From positions 2,760 through 66,759 of the forward strand of contig JAZNSB010000059.1 of assembly GCA_045590955.1 (NCBI GenBank): a stretch of 64,000 nt of DNA, in the 5' to 3' direction. Positions 60,942 through 64,000 of the stretch are shown here, piece after piece. A model generated the notes under the pieces. That model saw only the letters and a list, made by a program, of their open reading frames with translations, ran no database searches and had not been told where the DNA came from. Source of the stretch: Alphaproteobacteria bacterium. GTDB taxonomy: Bacteria > Pseudomonadota > Alphaproteobacteria > RF32 > CAG-239. The stretch's first letter is position 1, and each line of letters opens with the position of its first letter. The position numbers and the translations under genes are program-made.

Positions 60942-61810
60942 TATTTTTTATGTCCTTGCTCATTTTGTAAGAATTTGAAAAATTCAGAATTTGGAGAAAT
61001 CAACAATTTTGTCCCATCTTGCAAAGACTTTTTATATGCCTCCAAAGATCTATAAAAATCATAAAACTTTGTATCCAAAGCTGCGGCCTCGTTCCATAAG
61101 TCAATAACTTCTTTATCTCCTTGACCTTTTATGATTTCTGCCTCTTTTTGAGCCTCTGCAATTATAAACACTTTTTCTTTTTCTGCAGTTGCTCTAATTT
61201 GCTGTGCAGCTTGCTGACCTTTTGCTCTAAATTCTTTTGCGTCTCTTTCTCTCTCTGCTTTCATTCTGGCATTTATTGCTTGCAAAACTTCCACCGGCAA
61301 ATCGGCCCTTCTAATTCTTACATCTGCCACACTCACACCAATTTGCTGAGCATCATTTTTTACTGCAGCACTGATATCTGCCATTATCTGAGTTCTTTGG
61401 CTTGACAACAACTCAGGCAAAGTAATTTTTCCCAACACTTTTCTAATAGAAGAATTAACAATTTCTTCTAATTTTGAATTTGCCTGATATTCTGTTCTTA
61501 CTGTTTTATAAAACTTTAGAGGATCAACAATTTTATATCTTGTAAAGCTGTCCACATCTAAACGTTTTTTATCGTTGAGCACAATTTCTTGCGCCGGAGG
61601 ATCTAAATTTAACAATCTGTTGTCATAATATACCACATTTTGTATAAACGGCACCTTAAATTTCAATCCGGCATCTTTTATCTCTCTGACAGGCTCACCA
61701 AATTGCAACACAATCGCCTGTTCTGTCTGATTAACCACATACACACTGGCAATCAAAGATATGATCATTAAAAATATAAAAATTAATGCATATTTTTTCT
61801 TAGTTTCCAT
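60941..61810 (-). CDS. hflC: HflC (SPFH/band-7 protease modulator)
   Basis: An N-terminal TM plus an SPFH domain (NQTEQAIVLQFGEPVREIKDAGLKFKVPF). It sits downstream of hflK. The start is taken at METKKK. Confidence 0.85.
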   Translation of the reverse strand: METKKKYALIFIFLMIISLIASVYVVNQTEQAIVLQFGEPVREIKDAGLKFKVPFIQNVVYYDNRLLNLDPPAQEIVLNDKKRLDVDSFTRYKIVDPLKFYKTVRTEYQANSKLEEIVNSSIRKVLGKITLPELLSSQRTQIMADISAAVKNDAQQIGVSVADVRIRRADLPVEVLQAINARMKAERERDAKEFRAKGQQAAQQIRATAEKEKVFIIAEAQKEAEIIKGQGDKEVIDLWNEAAALDTKFYDFYRSLEAYKKSLQDGTKLLISPNSEFFKFLQNEQGHKK

Positions 61811-62936
61811 GGTTTTCTCCTTTAGCAAGCAATGTTGTCGGCAGCGAAATTTCTTTTCTGTCGCCTGTATTTTTATCTGCCACATTCATATTTACCTGTT
61901 TCATTGCAGCATTATTCAATATCTTTTTTATCGGATTTTTATTGTCATTTAACTGCAACAAAGGTAGCACATTAGTGTTTTTGTTATCAAAAATAACCTT
62001 ATCCACTTTTCCTAGCACATCTTCCATTGCTTCTATATACATTCTTTTTCTGGTCACTTCTTTTCCATTTTTATAAGAATTATAGATGGCTTTATATCTT
62101 TGAGTTTCACCCAGCGCCTTTTGAACCACTCCTTGCTTATAAGCTTCAGCGTTTTGAATTCTTTGTACGGCTTCTCCTTTTGCTTTTGGCAAAATTTCAT
62201 TTCTATATGCCTCTGCCTCATTTTTAAATCTTTCCATATCGGCTCTTGCTCTCTGCACTTCATTAAAAGCATCAACCACTTGCTTTGGCGGGTCTGCTTT
62301 TTGTAATTTCACTCTCACAATTTGCACACCTGCTCCAAACTCATCCAAAACATTTTGCAGTTCTTCTTTAGTTTCATCTTCCACTTTTCCTCTGTCGCCG
62401 GTAATTATCGGTTGCATTTCAGATTGACCGATAATTTCTCTTAACACAGATTGAGCAGCAACACGCACGGTATTGTCCACATCTGTCATATTAAACAAAT
62501 AATCTTTTGCACTTTTAACTTTCCAAACAATTGTCAAATTTATATCAACAATGTTTTCGTCTCCTGTTAACATATGACTTTCTGTAAAAGCTGTTCTGCT
62601 GTTTGGCTCAATTCCCAAATTAATACTTCTTTCTTGGGTTGTATTTACCTTTTTTACTTCTTCAATGGGATAAGGCAAATGATAATGTAATCCGGCATCT
62701 GTTGTCTGAACATATTTTCCAAATCTTAAAACCACACCTTGCTGATTGGGGTTTACCTGATAAAAGCCGGAAGCACCCCACAAAATCAACAATCCTGCAA
62801 TTATATATTTAAAAGGCATATTAAAATCATTTCCTTTTTTAAAGCGCAAATCAATCACCTTAATTTCTCTGTCATTTTCCGGCCACGGATTATCTTGTCC
62901 GGCTTGTTCCCAAGGATTTATAGTTTTTTTGTTCAT
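61800..62936 (-). CDS. hflK: HflK (SPFH/band-7 protease modulator)
   Basis: VNPNQQGVVLRFGKYVQTTDAGLHYHLPYPIEEV plus the long charged C-terminal region. Confidence 0.85.
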   Translation of the reverse strand: MNKKTINPWEQAGQDNPWPENDREIKVIDLRFKKGNDFNMPFKYIIAGLLILWGASGFYQVNPNQQGVVLRFGKYVQTTDAGLHYHLPYPIEEVKKVNTTQERSINLGIEPNSRTAFTESHMLTGDENIVDINLTIVWKVKSAKDYLFNMTDVDNTVRVAAQSVLREIIGQSEMQPIITGDRGKVEDETKEELQNVLDEFGAGVQIVRVKLQKADPPKQVVDAFNEVQRARADMERFKNEAEAYRNEILPKAKGEAVQRIQNAEAYKQGVVQKALGETQRYKAIYNSYKNGKEVTRKRMYIEAMEDVLGKVDKVIFDNKNTNVLPLLQLNDNKNPIKKILNNAAMKQVNMNVADKNTGDRKEISLPTTLLAKGENHGN

Positions 62937-63025
62937 CTGCTTTATCTCCTGTTGATTTATAATTCTATATAATATAAATAATAAACAAAGACAATTATCA
63001 AAAATGATATCAACAGGATAAAAAC

Positions 63026-64000
63026 ATGATTGAACAAATAAGAAAAATTGTAAATTCTTACTTTACACAAGAAGAAATAGATTCATTAAATCTGTTTAAT
63101 AATAAGATTATTTTAACATTAAAAAACACTAACAAAGATTTTGACGCACTTAAAGCAGAACTTGAAAAACTGCCTAACATAAACTCGGTATCAATCATAT
63201 ATACCGGCACAAAAGATGTTTCTTCGTTCAATCAACCGCAAAAAAAAGAACTGTTACCAACAGTAAAAAATGTAATTTTGGTATCTTCAGGCAAAGGCGG
63301 AGTTGGCAAATCCACCACATCTGTAAACCTTGCCTTGGCATTAAAAAACCTTGGTTTAAAAGTTGCTCTTTTTGATGCTGACATATATGGTCCTTCTATT
63401 CCCAAAATGCTCGGATATGAAGGATTAACCCCCATAAGTTACGACGGAATAAGCTTTGAACCGTTTGAAAAATATGACATAAAATCAATGTCAATCGGCA
63501 CACTGTTAGACAATAACAGCGCCCTGATTTGGAGAGGTCCGAAGGCCTGCTCTGCTTTGGAACAATTGCTTGGTCAAACCTCCTGGGGACCAACAGACGT
63601 AATGGTAATAGACACACCTCCCGGCACCGGAGATATCCAAATTTTCTTAAGTCAAAATCTTAACATTACCGGCGCTGTAATTGTTTCAACTCCGCAAGAT
63701 GTTGCTCTTATAGATGCCATAAAAGGAGTAAATATGTATAAAAGTGTAAACATTCCGATTCTCGGCATTGTTCAAAACATGAGTTACTTTTTGTGTGACA
63801 AGTGCCAACACAAAGCATACATATTTGGACAAGACGGAGCAAAAGACACAGCTGAACAATTATCTGTTCCATTTTTGGGAGAGATTCCTTTGAGCATTGA
63901 TTTACGCATTGCTTCTGATGAAGGCCTCCCCATTATAGAACATAACATTACAAGCCCCATTTCAGAGGCATACATAAACATTGCAAAACAAATTAAACCG
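63026..64000 (+). CDS. mrp: Fe-S cluster carrier ATPase Mrp/ApbC, partial; the 3' end lies beyond the window
   Basis: An N-terminal DUF59-like region, then VILVSSGKGGVGKSTTSVNLALAL (deviant Walker A) and the CxxC-containing FLCDKCQHKAYIFG. Confidence 0.8.
   Translation, partial: MIEQIRKIVNSYFTQEEIDSLNLFNNKIILTLKNTNKDFDALKAELEKLPNINSVSIIYTGTKDVSSFNQPQKKELLPTVKNVILVSSGKGGVGKSTTSVNLALALKNLGLKVALFDADIYGPSIPKMLGYEGLTPISYDGISFEPFEKYDIKSMSIGTLLDNNSALIWRGPKACSALEQLLGQTSWGPTDVMVIDTPPGTGDIQIFLSQNLNITGAVIVSTPQDVALIDAIKGVNMYKSVNIPILGIVQNMSYFLCDKCQHKAYIFGQDGAKDTAEQLSVPFLGEIPLSIDLRIASDEGLPIIEHNITSPISEAYINIAKQIKP

Overview
This is a 64-kb AT-rich (about 30-33% GC) alphaproteobacterial chromosome segment. 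Its gene content looks Rickettsiales/Holosporales-like and host-associated: tolQ-tolR-tolA with ybgC, a CcrM-like methyltransferase, hflKC, a YebC regulator and flagellar fliL/fliM/motE. Most of the window is housekeeping: ligA, ruvA/ruvB/ruvC, aspS, ispA-xseB, rnd, uvrB, rlmH, rsfS-obg-rpmA-rplU (minus strand), holC, degP, hflC/hflK, mrp, rnhA, a PiT phosphate transporter with its DUF47 partner, and DsbD/DsbA-like oxidoreductases. Several accessory segments stand out. (1) At the left edge, a tightly coupled seven-gene minus-strand operon (1..6628) joins polysaccharide-type enzymes (GT32, a hexapeptide acyltransferase, a sugar-nucleotide transferase, a fused GT2-GT1) to a RiPP-style triad of PqqD-like RRE protein, HPr-kinase-like P-loop protein and an uncharacterised nucleotidyltransferase. 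It has no cyclase, protease, transporter or visible precursor peptide. (2) A tRNA-Gln / tRNA-Thr region (21.2-26.0 kb) carries duplicated tRNA 3'-end repeats that look like att scars, reused terminator modules, a GC-richer orphan gene with a consensus sigma70 promoter and consensus SD, an M15 peptidase, and an XRE regulator with a palindromic operator. (3) A three-gene operon (41995..46371) encodes a 991-aa protein with a type-IV-pilin-like N-terminus and beta-solenoid-like repeats, located next to the flagellar genes. (4) uvrB is interrupted by a single in-frame TGA. No rRNA or CRISPR arrays were seen. All calls come from manual reading of the translations and sequence; no searches were run.
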